A stretch of DNA of 64,000 nt from Hemiscyllium ocellatum (lineage: Eukaryota), in contig NC_083426.1 of NCBI RefSeq assembly GCF_020745735.1, positions 12,710,001 to 12,774,000 of the forward strand. Direction: 5' to 3'. How positions within the stretch are numbered: the first letter of the stretch is position 1; each line of letters opens with the position of its first letter. The position numbers and the translations under genes are program-made. Positions 1 to 12,700 of the stretch are shown here, one piece after another. A model generated the notes under the pieces. It was not told the origin of the DNA. It saw nothing but the letters and a program-made list of their open reading frames with translations, and made no database searches.

Positions 1-2099
1 AAACAATGTTTATTTATTATCTCACTCTGGGAAACTGTAATTAATAAAGTGCTCTCCATTTGTTTCATTGTCATTTCTGAACAAAACCAATGGTTAGCAC
101 TGTACTTGGAAAATGAGCAGGTATATAAAATCCTGCCCACAGCCTGCAGAAACATAGCAACAACTCCAACAATCCCTGCAAAATTAAAACAGCATTTGAT
201 TAATGGAGAATTTGCATTTTTCTAACAGATGCAATTTTAAATTCAGTACATGACTGTTGTGTCCAGATTTTGGACAGATATTGTGGATAGAGTGGAGGTC
301 AGTTGTACAATTAAATATGTGTAAATATTGCCTGCAGCCATTTCCTGATCTGATCTGTTTGAGCTGTCAGAGAAGAAGCAAGTCAGCATCAAGTCGAAGT
401 GACACACGGGAACTGTAATTGGAACTATCAGCAGCAGCTCATGTGGCTGCTCTCTCACTTGTGATGCCAGCATGTTGGGGGTTCCAGTTCCCCTTCGGGG
501 TTAAAATCCAGCTGGATCCCACTGCCCAGCAGAGAGAAGTAATGCTGTGCTGTGGCAGGTGAGACAGTGTCGATGAGGTGAGAAACTGAGAACCTGTTCT
601 CCCTTTAGGAATGGCACATTTGTAAACTATTTACAGAATAGAGGTTCTCCTAGTGTCTGAGCAACCATTCATTCCTCAATAAATGTGACTAAAAACAACC
701 AGATTTTTGAGAGAATTATTTCAATGCTGTTGGCTGCTGCAAATTAACTTCTAGATATCGCTGCATTCCAACTGTTTGTTTCCATCAACTCAGTGACTCA
801 CAGGATGGGAGGGATTTTGGGCTCTCCTCAGATTCTGTAAAGTACCAAAACCCATCTGATTCATCAATGTCCTTTAGGGAAGGAAATCTGTCGCCACTTC
901 CAGGTCTGCTGTGGGAAAAGATTTGCTAACCCACGATAGGCCCACAAAAGCAAAATTTGCCAAACTGTACCACAACACCCAGAATTCCCAAGCAGCTCAC
1001 AAGTTGAATTAGATAGCACAGACAAGGGAATACGCTTTAAGCTCCCACAGACAAGACAGAACCCCACAGATATCTCAAAGCAGTTTCACAACCCAGCAAT
1101 ACCAAAGCCACACAAAGAGCAGGTCAGACAGAAAGGCACCAGCAAGGACATGTCCAGGCACAGGAGAATGGAAGCACCTCACCATTTCACAAGAGACATT
1201 AACATCTACCTGTGAAGAGGAATGGAACCATTGTTACTGTCAGGATGTTGCATTGTGTGAAGGAATTGGACATTCATGTGATAACTGTTTTCCAATTAGC
1301 ATCCTTGTAACTAGATTACTCCATTTCCAGATACATTGTAGTTTCCCATTTCTTACTCAGTGTCATTGTGTAACATTATTATAAAGCTGGTCTCATCCTC
1401 AGCTCTGGGAAGAGAAATCTGATCTATCTGTGCAGACTGTCAGTTCTGTGTCAGTCTCGTCAATTTCTCTTCTAGTGATATGGCTTGTAATAAACTGTTT
1501 GTCAACTTCACTTCGAGCTGTGTTTTGTGATCTCTACCCTATTGGACAAATTTCTCCAAAATCTGCTCTACATGGGACTCCAGCAATGTGGTTTGTTCCT
1601 AACTGCCCTCTTCAAATGGTCTAGAAAGCCACTTAGTCAGGGGTAATTAGGAATGGGCAACAAAAGCTGGCCATTAAAGAGCAACAGATCAAAAATTAAC
1701 AGTTTAATTGTTGCAGAAGTGATTCCTTTAAAACACACCCAAGCCATGCTGTTTGTACTCTTTGGAAATTGGAAACCCCATTGGATCTACCTCATGGATC
1801 TTTACGGTTCAGGAGATGGAAAATCGCTGGCAGGATCTGTGTCTGGAGATGAGGTTTCATATTATTCTTGAAAGTTCCAAAACCAACCCCAAGATGATGG
1901 AAGTGACCACTGCCAATATCAACAAGTGACAACCCCATGTGAAACCCCTGGTTTTCAACAAGTGGGATATCTGGATTGTAGTTACCAGTCCAAACCCTTT
2001 AACAAACCCAAATGGAACACATCAACTCTCAGATTCAGGAAATAAAGTAACTCTGAGATTTGTGAAATTGTGCTGACCAATCCTGATTGAGATATTTAA

Positions 2100-3200
2100 T
2101 AAAGTAACCAAAATGAATGGTGACAGCACAGCAGTACACATTGTCTACACAGGCATTATGGACAGGGTTCCAAAGGGTAGACCAATCAGTAAAGTTAGAT
2201 CACATGGGATTCTGGGTCAGCTTGCCAACTCGAGACAAAATTGGTTTGGTGGCAAGAGACAGAGGGTGGTGTTGAAGGGTATTTTTGGATGGGAGATCTG
2301 TGATTAGTGGTGTTTCGCAGGGATTGGTGCAATTTATATCAGCAATTTGGATAGGAATTCAAGAGACATGGGTAATGGGTTTTTGGATGACACCAAATTT
2401 GGTCAATAGTCAACAGTGAAGAAGATTATCTAAGATTATCAAGGTATTTTGATCAATAGGGTCGATGGGCTGATGAATGGCAGATGGAGGTTAATTTGGA
2501 TGAATGTGAGGTTAAGCATTTTGGTAAAACAAACAAGGGGAGGACTTTACAATTAATGGTCGGGCCCTGGGTTGTGCTTTTCAACAGAGAGACCTCAGCT
2601 TTCAGGTTAAGAAGGTGTTTAGCACGCTTGTCTACATTACTCAGATCTCTGAGTATCAGAGTTGGAACAGGATGTTTCTGAGGCCACTTTTGGAGCACTG
2701 TGTCCAGTTCTGGTCACCCTGCAAGAGGAAGGTTATTATTCAACTGGAGAGGGTTCAGAAAAGATTTACCAAGATATTGCTAAATCTGGAGGGTTTGAGT
2801 TATTAGGATAGGTTATGGGGAGACCTTGCCGAAGTTTATAAAATTGTGAGGGGTATCAGTCAGATGAATAGAAAAGGTTTTTAATTTCCGGAGCGTAGGA
2901 GAGTACAAAGTAAGGGGCATATTTTAATGTGAGATGAGAAAGATGTAAAAGAGACCTAAGGGGCAATGTTTCCATGTAGTGGGTGGTCCATTTGTAGAAT
3001 GAAATGCCAGAGGACATGGTAGATGAAGGTATAGTTCCAACATTTAAAGGAGATTTGGATCGATAAGTGAACAGGAAAAGTTTGGAGGGACGTAGGACAA
3101 ATGCAGGCAAGTAGAACCAGTTTATGTGAGAAACCTGTTCGGCCTGGACATATTGAACAGAAGGGTCTATTTCTGTGCCATATGAATCTATGACACTGGT
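2100..3200 (+). mobile_element. Decayed CR1 LINE ORF2 (RT) fragments, shared by paralogous introns
   Basis: Broken ORFs such as SKVRSHGI and CVQFWSP..KVIIQLERVQKRFTK; homologous fragments at about 14640-16470 and 45560-46767. Confidence 0.8.
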
Positions 3201-3283
3201 TGGGATAATGAAGGGCAAAGTGGTGTGGCTTTTTTGGCTTTTCAATTACAGTCTGTTTTGTCATAATTATTTCTTTCCCAAAG

Positions 3284-4329
3284 AAGCCATCTCCGTTCCT
3301 GGACTTCAATTTTGATCACAACTAAATGTCTTACGTTCAGTGGGCACAGTGCCAATCTCCTGTGAGTCTGCCCATGGATCCCTCCCCATTCACTACCTTC
3401 TCAAGAAGACCCCATCTCAAGATCTCTGACTCCAATAAACTGGATCTACATCATCAATCCTTCAAACACCATGTGGAGGTGCCGGTGTTGGACTGGGTTG
3501 GATAAGGTCAATAATCACACAACACCAGGTTAGAGTCCAACAGGTTTACTTGGAAACACTAGCTTTTGGAGTGCTGCTCCTTCATCAGGGGATATTAGAC
3601 AGAAAGATTTCAGACACAGCATTTATAAGGAAATAATCAAAGGATCATACAACACATGCAAGCGAATTGAACACACGTACGTTGGCTGTTAAATCTTCAA
3701 TCATTTAGAATGGAAGTGCAGGTTTCGATTGATTAATATATAAATCCTAGAATTTCTTTCGAGTGGCTGTCCTGAGGTAACTTAAGGTATTATCAATATA
3801 AAGGAGGTGACACCTCTGGTCAGACAGTGTATTTTGGGTGTGAGGTTTTGTTTGGTGTGCTCAGTTGGAGTCAGACAGATTTTTTTTCCCCAAAGTAAGA
3901 GTTTATACAATGATACATTGACTGACTGTCTACAAATTTCTAAATTTGTGCTTCCTAAATAAAATAGAATGTATCTGCAAACACAAATCTGCAAGTGCAA
4001 ATTCACCCCACAGATTTATTGTTTAAATACCACACAATCTGTAGATAGTCAGACAATGTGACATTTTATAAACTCCTACTTTGGAAATAAAACCAGTCTC
4101 ACTCCAGCCTGATGGAGGGGCAGTGTTCTGAAAGCTCATGTTTACAAATAAACCTGTTGGACCACAACCTGGTGTGTCGTTTTTGACTAATCCTTCATAC
4201 AGCAACATCATCAATATTACTGCACAGCCTCAAAGACTCAGGGATCAAACTCCAGTGAAATTGTTCATGTATCAGTTACCAGGGTAGCAGAGAGGGGCTG
4301 TAGTTCCATGATATAAATCAGCAGCATCG
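3284..4329 (+). pseudogene. Second C2-type Ig pseudo-exon (unit A), split by an insertion
   Basis: Paralogous to the C2 exon (EAISVPGLQF...CESAHGSLPIHY...QYYCTAS). In-frame TGA at 3313-3315 and TAA at 4314-4316, a 9-nt deletion, and an insertion at 3471-4188. Confidence 0.85.
3471..4188. mobile_element. Penelope-derived fold-back element with inverted ends carrying degenerate hammerhead cores
   Basis: About 85-bp inverted arms (about 3508-3590 vs 4109-4188) with a CTGATGA-stem-GAAAG-like core; flanked by the near-duplicate AATCCTTCA(A/T)ACA at 3456-3468 and 4189-4201. Confidence 0.65.
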
Positions 4330-4803
4330 GTAAATTTTATACAAACACTGAGGCTGAAGCATTCATTTAATGTCTATTCAAACTGCTCATTGGTTAAGTT
4401 TCTTGTCTAACTACGAACAACTGCACCTCATCACATTACCTCATCACGTATAACATTGGGCTGACCATTCCAGGATATGTTACTGCAACTTGTTTCATTT
4501 AAGCTTTATCTATTGCTCCTTTCTGTGGCTGTAAGGCACATTCAGACCAGAAACTGTTCTGTCCATCTGCTGATTTGTCAGTACTAGCCACGATTTGTCT
4601 ACACCTGACAGGAGCTAACATAAAGACTGCCTCATCGGGTATAAATATATTTACAAGACGTACTACAGAGGATTCTTTCATTTGAACCTTTTCTGTTGTT
4701 CAGGTTAGTAATAAAATACACGGTAATTTAATTTTCCCACGAAACTGTGTTAGCTTTGCTGCTTTTACTTTGCTACAGTATACTGCAGTGTAACAGGTTA
4801 ACA

Positions 4804-5040
4804 GGGGCGGTGCAGTGGCTCAGTGGTTAGCACTGCTGCCTCATAGCACCAGGGATCTGGGTTTGATTCTCACCTCAGGTGACTGTTTGTGTGGCGTTTG
4901 CACATTCCCACCATATCTGCTTGGGTTACCTCTGGGTGCTCAGGTTTCCTTCCACAAGTCAATGATAAATTGCCCAGAGTCGGGGTAAATGTAGGGGAGA
5001 GGATCCAGGTCGGTTACTCTTCAGAGGTTCAATGCAGACT
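4804..5040 (+). mobile_element. Degenerate tRNA-derived SINE (HE1-like)
   Basis: GGTGCAGTGGCTCAGTGGTTAGCACTGCTGCCTC head, similar to the younger copies at 11909 and 21133. Confidence 0.8.
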
Positions 5041-5845
5041 TGCAATAAGTTTCAATTTTCGGTGATAACTTATCAGAATGTCAATGGTCACTGATTTCAT
5101 GCAATGTCATTATGTTTGTTTCCTTATTGGTGAGCTGAAGGCGACATTTTCTGACTGTTTTAACGTCAGTTTTAATTAGCAAAGGGGTTCAATTTCCAGA
5201 TCGTAGCATTTACAATGTTGTTATTTACGTTATTGGACATTCATAACAGGAAATGCCAATTTCTGTTTGCCCCATCCCAGTTTAAATGCTTCATTATTCA
5301 CCTGAGCTCATGGTGTTGTATATGTCAAAAAAGTGACAGATTTTGTTGAGCCAGAGCATCTGGAGTATCACTGCCAGGGACATTACATTCTCTATCACCT
5401 TCTCCTCCTCCATTCTCTCATGTTAAACATTATTCCCAATCTGAGAGGGTGTGAGGCTGTCTGGTTCCACCTGGTAAAGCCTTGCCTGTTAGAAGGTGCA
5501 GGAGCAGTGTGGGATGATGCTATTCTGAGTTCCTCACTGACTGAAGAGACTTCTCACCCACTGGAATATTACACCAGACTGCAGTGCTCCTGCAAATATC
5601 CATCCACATCTAATAATCCTCATTGACAACAAGATGCTGAGCATGAAAGGACGTGGAACTGAAACATGTTACATTTGGCTTTTATATATTGTTCAAGTCA
5701 ATCAAAAATTAAACTGTAAATTAATTTCAGCTGTGCTGCTTTATTTTGCTCCAATATACTGCAGTGTGAACATGGGATAAATGTTTAAAACATCAAACAA
5801 TCTTGTTTCCTTCAAATGATTTTGTATTTCTTCTGTTTTACACAG

Positions 5846-5936
5846 TTACATTGTCTGGGATGTGATACGCTGGGTACTCTTCACTCTCCTGGTGATTTGT
5901 TCTGTTTCAGTCACAATGTTTACACAAAAACATTAG
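5846..5936 (+). CDS. TM/cytoplasmic exon of unit A: (S)YIVWDVIRWVLFTLLVICSVSVTMFTQKH*
   Basis: Polypyrimidine-ACAG acceptor, phase 2, hydrophobic helix with Asp/Arg, TAG followed by GTGAGC; near-identical to 18800-18890 and 50812-50902. Confidence 0.8.
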
Positions 5937-6669
5937 GTGAGCATCATGGCCTTTACACAAATGATTTTGAGCACTCTAAGTTCCCCATCAATGAGGTGGC
6001 CCTGGGTGGAGGGGTTTCAAAGCAGGAGACACAGTTTGAGAAGAATGGGTTAAACATTTGGGACTGAGATGAGCAGGAATTTCTTCACTCAGAGGGTGAT
6101 GGTTTGTTGGAATTCTCTGCCCCAGAGACCTCTGGAGGCTCCAGCCTTGAGTATATTCAAAACAGAGATCAATAATGTTCTGGGTAATAAAGATATGAAG
6201 GGACATGGCATTAGTGCAAGTAAAATGGTAATCATGTGGAAGATGTGCCCTGATCCAGGTGAATGCTGAGGGACCCTCGAGGGGCTGAATGGCCTACTCT
6301 GTTCCTGCCTCATCTCTCTCCATGGTGACCTCATGCTGTTAAATGCTGTCATTGTACCAGCCTCCCCCATTTCGTCTGACAGATCGTTTCACACACATGC
6401 CCTCCCTTTGTGTGAAAAAGTTACTCCTCAGGTCATTTTGAAATAATTTCCCTCTCACCTTCAACCTCTGCCCTCTAGGTCTGGACACCCCCATTGAGGA
6501 AAAACACCTTGGCTGTTCACCCTGCCCATTCCCTTGTTTAAATCTCTTTGGATAACATAGTCATATGTCCTAATCTAGAATGAAGACAATGTAAATGCTG
6601 TTGGGTAGAGAGACAAGTGAGTTAGTGTCTAATAGTTTGATTGGATGGAACCTTGTTATCTGTTAAAAT

Positions 6670-6675
6670 AATAAA
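6670..6675 (+). terminator. Candidate polyadenylation signal (unit A)
   Basis: AATAAA about 730 nt after the stop, followed by a TG/T-rich tract; positionally conserved at 19624 and 51616. Confidence 0.4.
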
Positions 6676-9585
6676 ATATGTTTGTTGCTGTCCAAACGAT
6701 TTGATCTATTCAGCATTTATTGGTGTGAACAGCTCCCACACAGACATTAATAAATAATTTTAAACAACGAAACCTGAGTCTTGTCTGATCTAAAGAGGAA
6801 ATTCAGGGGAGGATTGGGGCCAATAAGGGCTTTGTAATTCTCAAAGACATGGGTTTGATGGGAAATTAGGGACATAATGGCGATAGAGAGAGGGAATGAA
6901 CAGAAATGATGAGGTGACAAAAGATCATTGGATCCACAGGGACAGCAACAATAAAGAGAGGAAGAAGGATCATCCTACGTCACAGGTAGAGTCTGCTGTT
7001 AATTCACAGAAACACCCCACTTCCAGTGTCTGCAGGATATGGAGCACCTTATCGAAGCTACTAATAGTTCAGAAGAATGATCAATGGACCCAAAACAGTA
7101 ACTCTGCTTTCTCTCCACAGACACAGTCAGACCTGCTGTGTTTCTCCAGCAACTTCTGTTTTTGTCACAAATATACTCAGTTGACACTTCACCAATCCTG
7201 ACCCAGTTGCTGCACAATAACTGTGTAAAATGATTGACACCAGCTTACAGAGTGTATGTGGAGTCAGTTATTCAGATTTTGGGATGGGGAGGTGAAGGGG
7301 GAGGGGGCAAATGTAAAATTCCAAGAATTTGAAACCTAGTCAGGGAAATTTCATCCACCGTGCATCCACTGATTCAGTCCTACCACTGGCATCAACTTCA
7401 ACAACAGGTCACTCAATGTCCCGAAATAAACATTACAAGTGATGGCCTTTAGTAATCATTGACTACAGCATTGTTCACCTTCGGTGTCTCATTAATGAGG
7501 CGAATGTAATCAGACAAGTACATTTTAAAGTTCCACTTGGGTTTGGGGTCTTCCACGCTATCAGTGTAAGACAGCAGTTCTCACCTGCCACCTACACACA
7601 CTGGACTGTAAGTCTGTGACGACATTGACTATAATGTGCAATGGTGATTTATTTCTAAAAATGTTCCTGGCTGCAACATGCTGTGTATGAATGACTCATT
7701 GTAAACGAACACCCATTCCATTTAACCCTCAAACAGGTTCATGGTCAATGAGGAGCGTAACTGAGAAATAGGACAGGTCAGGCAGCATTGAAGGAGCAGG
7801 AGAATCGACGTTTCGAGCATCAGCCCTGCTTCAGGAATGAGGCTTGTGGGCAAGGGCTGAGAGATAAAGGGGGTGAGCCTGAGGGAAACTCAGGATAACT
7901 CAGGAGTCAAGAAATACTGTATATCACCAAGTGATAAAGCAGGGACATTAACCGACTCTTTTAAAATCCTTAAAATGCTGATTAGACACTTGGGGTTGAT
8001 CTCCTGGTAAAACCCCAGAGCCTGTGGGGAAGCCCATTGTGAATCCACAACCCATACCTGCAGGCACTGTAACACCCTCCTGGCACCCATTGTCTACAGC
8101 TCAGTAAAGAGGGAGAACTGTGTCACCTGGAGCAATATGTCTGCAGCCACGTTTGCACAGCCACTGACAGAAATGTTCAGTGGAGAGGCATTCTGGAAAG
8201 GAAGGGTGGGGACAGTTTTCTCAGAGCCCAGATCAGTGTTAATCAACAGGATATTGTGGGTGGCACACTCTGGGTCATTCAAGGCTGTACTGAGAGTTTT
8301 CAGATCCAGCCCATTGATCACAATCTCTGGGAAGGAAACCTCCTGGGACAGACTCATGTCCATGTTGTGGGTGGATCACTGCACCATTCCAGAGCAAATG
8401 GAACATCCATCCGAATGGAGGAGGGGCTTTGTGGCAGCCCCAGGTCCTGCAATTATTTGTCTCAGAAGAACGGTCTTTTAAAAACTGCTGAGTGACCGTC
8501 TACCAGGATATGGCTTTGACACTGAGCAAGTCACTTTACAGGATTCCTGACAATTTGATCAGATATTCTTCACTTTGTTAATAACTGCTGCCAGATTTTT
8601 CAATCTAGTCTATTTTTCCAACTGATTCTACAGTGTCCATGTCATTCAGGGGCTGGGGGATCTCTGCTCTCTGTTTCTGACACTCAGACACTGGTGACCT
8701 GACAGCAGAGGGGTTACATCCCCATTTGGGTATGAACCCCCAAATGTTTCCAAGTGTTCTCCAAGAGTTTACCCAACGTATTGTTTCTGTTTCCCAGACA
8801 GAGCATTGCGATAGTCCTCGTTGGTTCAGTCTCTGGGTAATGACTCCAGTGACTCTCCTTTCATATTAAGGGTTAAGGTGGGGGCACTGCCTTCAGCATT
8901 GTGGCTGGGGGTGAGCACGGTTGATGAAGGGTGTCAGTCCCTTTGATCTTCTCAAAGGTGAAACCCAGCATGGTTCACCAGACTCACTCATCATCAACCA
9001 TGTCCTGGTGAATACAAAGCCCCATGTCAGTCGGTACACCAGAGGGATCCTCACCTTGGAACTGAAGCTCACTCCCAGTTACTCAATCGAAGTTCACTTC
9101 CCCCTGAATTTTCTCTGTGTCGATTGAGTTTCATTCTCTGCCTGAAATCAGTCCCAGGACCTTTTACTTGAATCTTGTGGAAATGGAACAGTGGATGTCC
9201 TTCTCCTGCCCATCGGGGAATTCAGATCCTGACACAATAATTGTTCAGCACTGACGATAGGAGGCATATTCTGCAGACAAAATATTCAAAAGAGTTCTAT
9301 TTTTAGCTGAAAGCTTAACTTTCGCAAACTAAATCTATGTCTGTCTAAAACTGTAGGTTGAAATTTCCTAACATGGGAGAATGAGACAGTTGTCATTCAA
9401 ATGAGATTTCAGTATAAATACTGAGCTTGGGTCAACATTATCCTGAGCATCTGATGCATTAACTGCCTTGATTTCAGAATTTTCAGTTCATTCAAAGAAA
9501 ATTCTTTAGTTCTGTTAAACATAACCAAGGAGAAAAAATTCTTCAGGATTAAATTTCACTGGCTCACTCTGGTTTCAGAAGCTGG

Positions 9586-9650
9586 CTTCCTGTTTCCTCT
9601 TCCTCATTTAACTTCTTGTAGACATTGCATTACACAGTATCTCAATGTGA
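9586..9650 (+). promoter_or_regulatory. Candidate proximal promoter with clustered ETS/PU.1-like TTCC cores
   Basis: CTTCCTGTTTCCTCTTCCTC (three GGAA cores on the - strand) about 100-120 bp upstream of the ATG; function is inferred only. Confidence 0.35.
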
Positions 9651-9707
9651 GAAACAAGAGCTGAGAGACTGACATCAAGAACTGAACTGATCCTTGTGAA
9701 CAAAACG

Positions 9708-9744
9708 ATGTGGACTTTGATTCTCCTCATTTGTTCCATTCCCG
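9708..9744 (+). CDS. Unit B exon 1, signal peptide MWTLILLICSIP
   Basis: ATG, hydrophobic run, G|GTGAGT donor; paralog at 30249-30285. Confidence 0.85.
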
Positions 9745-12700
9745 GTGAGTGACCATCCGAGTTGCATATTCAGATAATCCACATTTGTTGAAATCCACTG
9801 TGTTATAAAGTAGAAATGTTTAAATATTTGAAGATACATAATTGGAAAAGGGAGAGCTTGTGACACAGTGGGGAACATCGTTATTGCCATGACAAATGCT
9901 TAGAGTTCAATTCTCACAAAAGTACACTTTTCAAAGGAATGTGTCTTCTCACAAAGCCAAACAGGTTCATTTTCAACCGACAAATCTTTCCAACATACAG
10001 AGAGCAGGACTGGGTGAGATTTCACATCAGTCTTTTCCAATGCACACTTAAAAATCACGCAAAACAAAGATTTAGTCCAGCAGGTTTATTTGGAAGCACT
10101 AGCATTCAGAGCACTGCTCCTTCATCAGGGGAACACAACCACTTAATGAAGAAGCAGTTCTTCGAAAGTTAATGCTTCCAAACAAACCTGTTGAACTATA
10201 AACTGGTGTTGTGTGATTTGTCTACCCCAGTCAAACACCGGCACCTCCAAGTCATGGTTATCCAATGCAGAGTGACACCCCTCACATCACAGCAACTGGC
10301 TTCAGGCTGGTGACAAGCTGCAGAAAACAGACACAGCAAGAACTTTGTCTGCTCCATGTGTCTCTAAATATGGACGCCATTGAATTTTAAATGAACAACA
10401 TTTAAGGTAATTAAAGTACATGAACAACATCACAAAATGTAGTAATTCTACTAAACACTTCATACTCCCATGCTGCAGAGTTCCCAAATAATTTAGAGCA
10501 GCACAATAAATTATGAATTAAATTAAAAGGGTACCATAACATTTTTTTCAGTGAAAAAAAGGGCACAATTATTTTAATTTGACCACAATTTTCAATTTTC
10601 AATACACACTGAAAAGTGTATGAGTAATAAGCCCTCAAACAAAACATCTTGAGTTTGCTTTTATTTCTTTTATTTTTGAAGATCAATTCATGAAATATTG
10701 CTCTGTGAGGCTCAGTCACAAAAGGAGATGGTTGGTTATATTTCTCTTCACTTAGAAAAGCCTTTTTCCTTTCAGTCTAATTGAATCAAGTTGTTTGCTC
10801 TCTTTCAATTCCATTGATTTACACAGTACAATCAAGTTCATGCTCATCATTGCAATCGCTCCATTAATGATAGAGACATTTTTGAAAGACTCAAGAATAA
10901 AATTCTCAGTGTCACTTTCCCCTAGGCTACAGCTCTGTGAATTCTGTTACATGAAAATTCCCTGAAATGTTTTGTGGCTCCAGCCCACCAACTTCATGCA
11001 GAATACTTCATGGACAGAAATCTGAAACATGCATCTCTCTGCTTTCACAATTCTCTCTCTTTCAAGGCTTCCTTTTTCCAATAAGGTTTGTCTCCAAACC
11101 AGCAGCATTTTTAACCATTCACGTATCTCCCTCCCTTTCATCTCAGATCTCCACCTCTTCACTTACATTTAAAATCCTTTGTTGTTTTACTCAAGAATTG
11201 TTCGTCACACAAAGGGCAGTTCTCCCAACAAAACTGTTGGTCTGGCATTTATTGAAGTAAAGTCTACACTGTCATCAACAGGCTTCTCCTCGTCAACACC
11301 AGGACACAATGTGGCAGCAATGTCAACATTTTCTCATGAACCATCTCTCTGGCACAATCAGTAAATTACTTCTGTTATTTTATTATCCATACAATGACAA
11401 CAATGTGTGATGATAAATAATCCTGCCTTTACTGCCCTCAAAATCCTCCACATTGATCTCTCTCCCATCGTGAACCATCCCTTGCTGAACTTTAATTCTC
11501 TTCCTTTCCCACTTGAGGCCTCTCATCATCTTCCTGGGTCACCTGTTGTCTCGGCCCCTTGAGCCCTGAAAATGCAACCCCTGAGCCCATCATGAGTCCA
11601 CACACATCACTCTCCTCCCTGGATGAAACCCTCCTTCTCCAGTCGGAGTAAGGACCCTTCAGCAACTGTGCCCTCCTTCACACTGATCCCCAGCCGACAC
11701 CAATCCAGGCCTGTCACTCAGGCTGCTCTCCAGGGGGACAACATTTCGATGATGTCACACACGGTGGAGTTAGAGCCCACAGCGGGCAGCACAAACCCAA
11801 TTTCAAGATTGTCCCAAAGCTCGACCAGTGGGATAAGAAAATATCACAACTGCTTCAATCATTCCCTGGGAATATGGAACAGCCTGAGACTTGGATAAGG
11901 GTTTATAATAGATTAGATTAGACTTACAGTGTGGAAACAGGCCCTTCGGCCCAACAAGTCCACACCGACCCGCCGAAGCGCAACCCACCCATACCCCTAC
12001 ATTTATCCCTTACCTAACACTACGGGCAATTTAGCATGGCCAATTCACCTGACCCGCACATCTTTGTGACTGTGGGAGGAAACCGGAGCACCCGGAGGAA
12101 ACCCACGCAGACACGGGGAGAACGTGCAAACTCCACACAGTCAGTCGCCTGAGTCGGGAATTGAACCCGGGTCTACAGGCGCTGTGAGGCAGCAGTGCTA
12201 ACCACTGTGCCACCGTGCCGCCCTTGAATAATGGTTACCTTCATCATGTACTGGATGGAATGTAGCTGATTAAAATGTATCTGTTTGTAATAAGCAGTGC
12301 TTTCCAGTTATACTTCTGAAATATTGTCTCCTCCGTTTCAGGTGCTGTATGGGCAGAGAAAGATGTGACGGGAATTTTGGGAAGAGCGATCACAATATCT
12401 TGTCAATACGAAGCACGGTTGTACCAGTCACACAAGAAATATTGCTGTCACGGATGGACTCGTCTGTGTAAGGTTATAGCAACGACAAATTGGCCAAATG
12501 GGAGAATATCAATCACTGACAACAAAACACAAGGAATATTTCTTGTCACAATCACGAATCTTCAATGGGGAGATGCAGGATGGTACAGCTGTGGGATCGA
12601 GACTCCTGGCTATAAACCGATGTTTTATGTAAAGCTGCACATTTCTGACGGTACGTGACTCACTTTGTTTTAAATTACACTCTGCTGATATGTCTGATCA

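Larger units (their letters stand above)
1..5936 (+). pseudogene. Unit A: 3' part of an Ig-superfamily receptor paralog (V and C2 exons lie upstream of the window); stalk exon missing
   Basis: Base 1 onward matches the intron after the C2 exon of unit B (from about 13119). The TM exon is intact at 5846-5936. The stalk exon found at 17839 and 49848 is absent; a SINE at 4804-5040 abuts sequence that lies downstream of the stalk in unit B. Confidence 0.6.

Noticed and set aside
5333-5626. 97-aa ORF between the stalk and TM exons
   Set aside because: The unit B copy has an in-frame TGA, and there is no recognisable domain or compatible splice phase.
5816-6067. Conserved 83-aa ORF MILYFFCFTQ (three copies)
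   Set aside because: It is an off-frame shadow of the TM exon and its acceptor, conserved because the units are recent duplicates.
7803-7838. Additional active hammerhead
   Set aside because: Core A9 is changed to C and helix I is mismatched, so it is treated as a Penelope relic only.
11909-12223. tRNA gene
   Set aside because: It is a tRNA-like head only, continuing into a SINE body and TAATC tail, with many copies.
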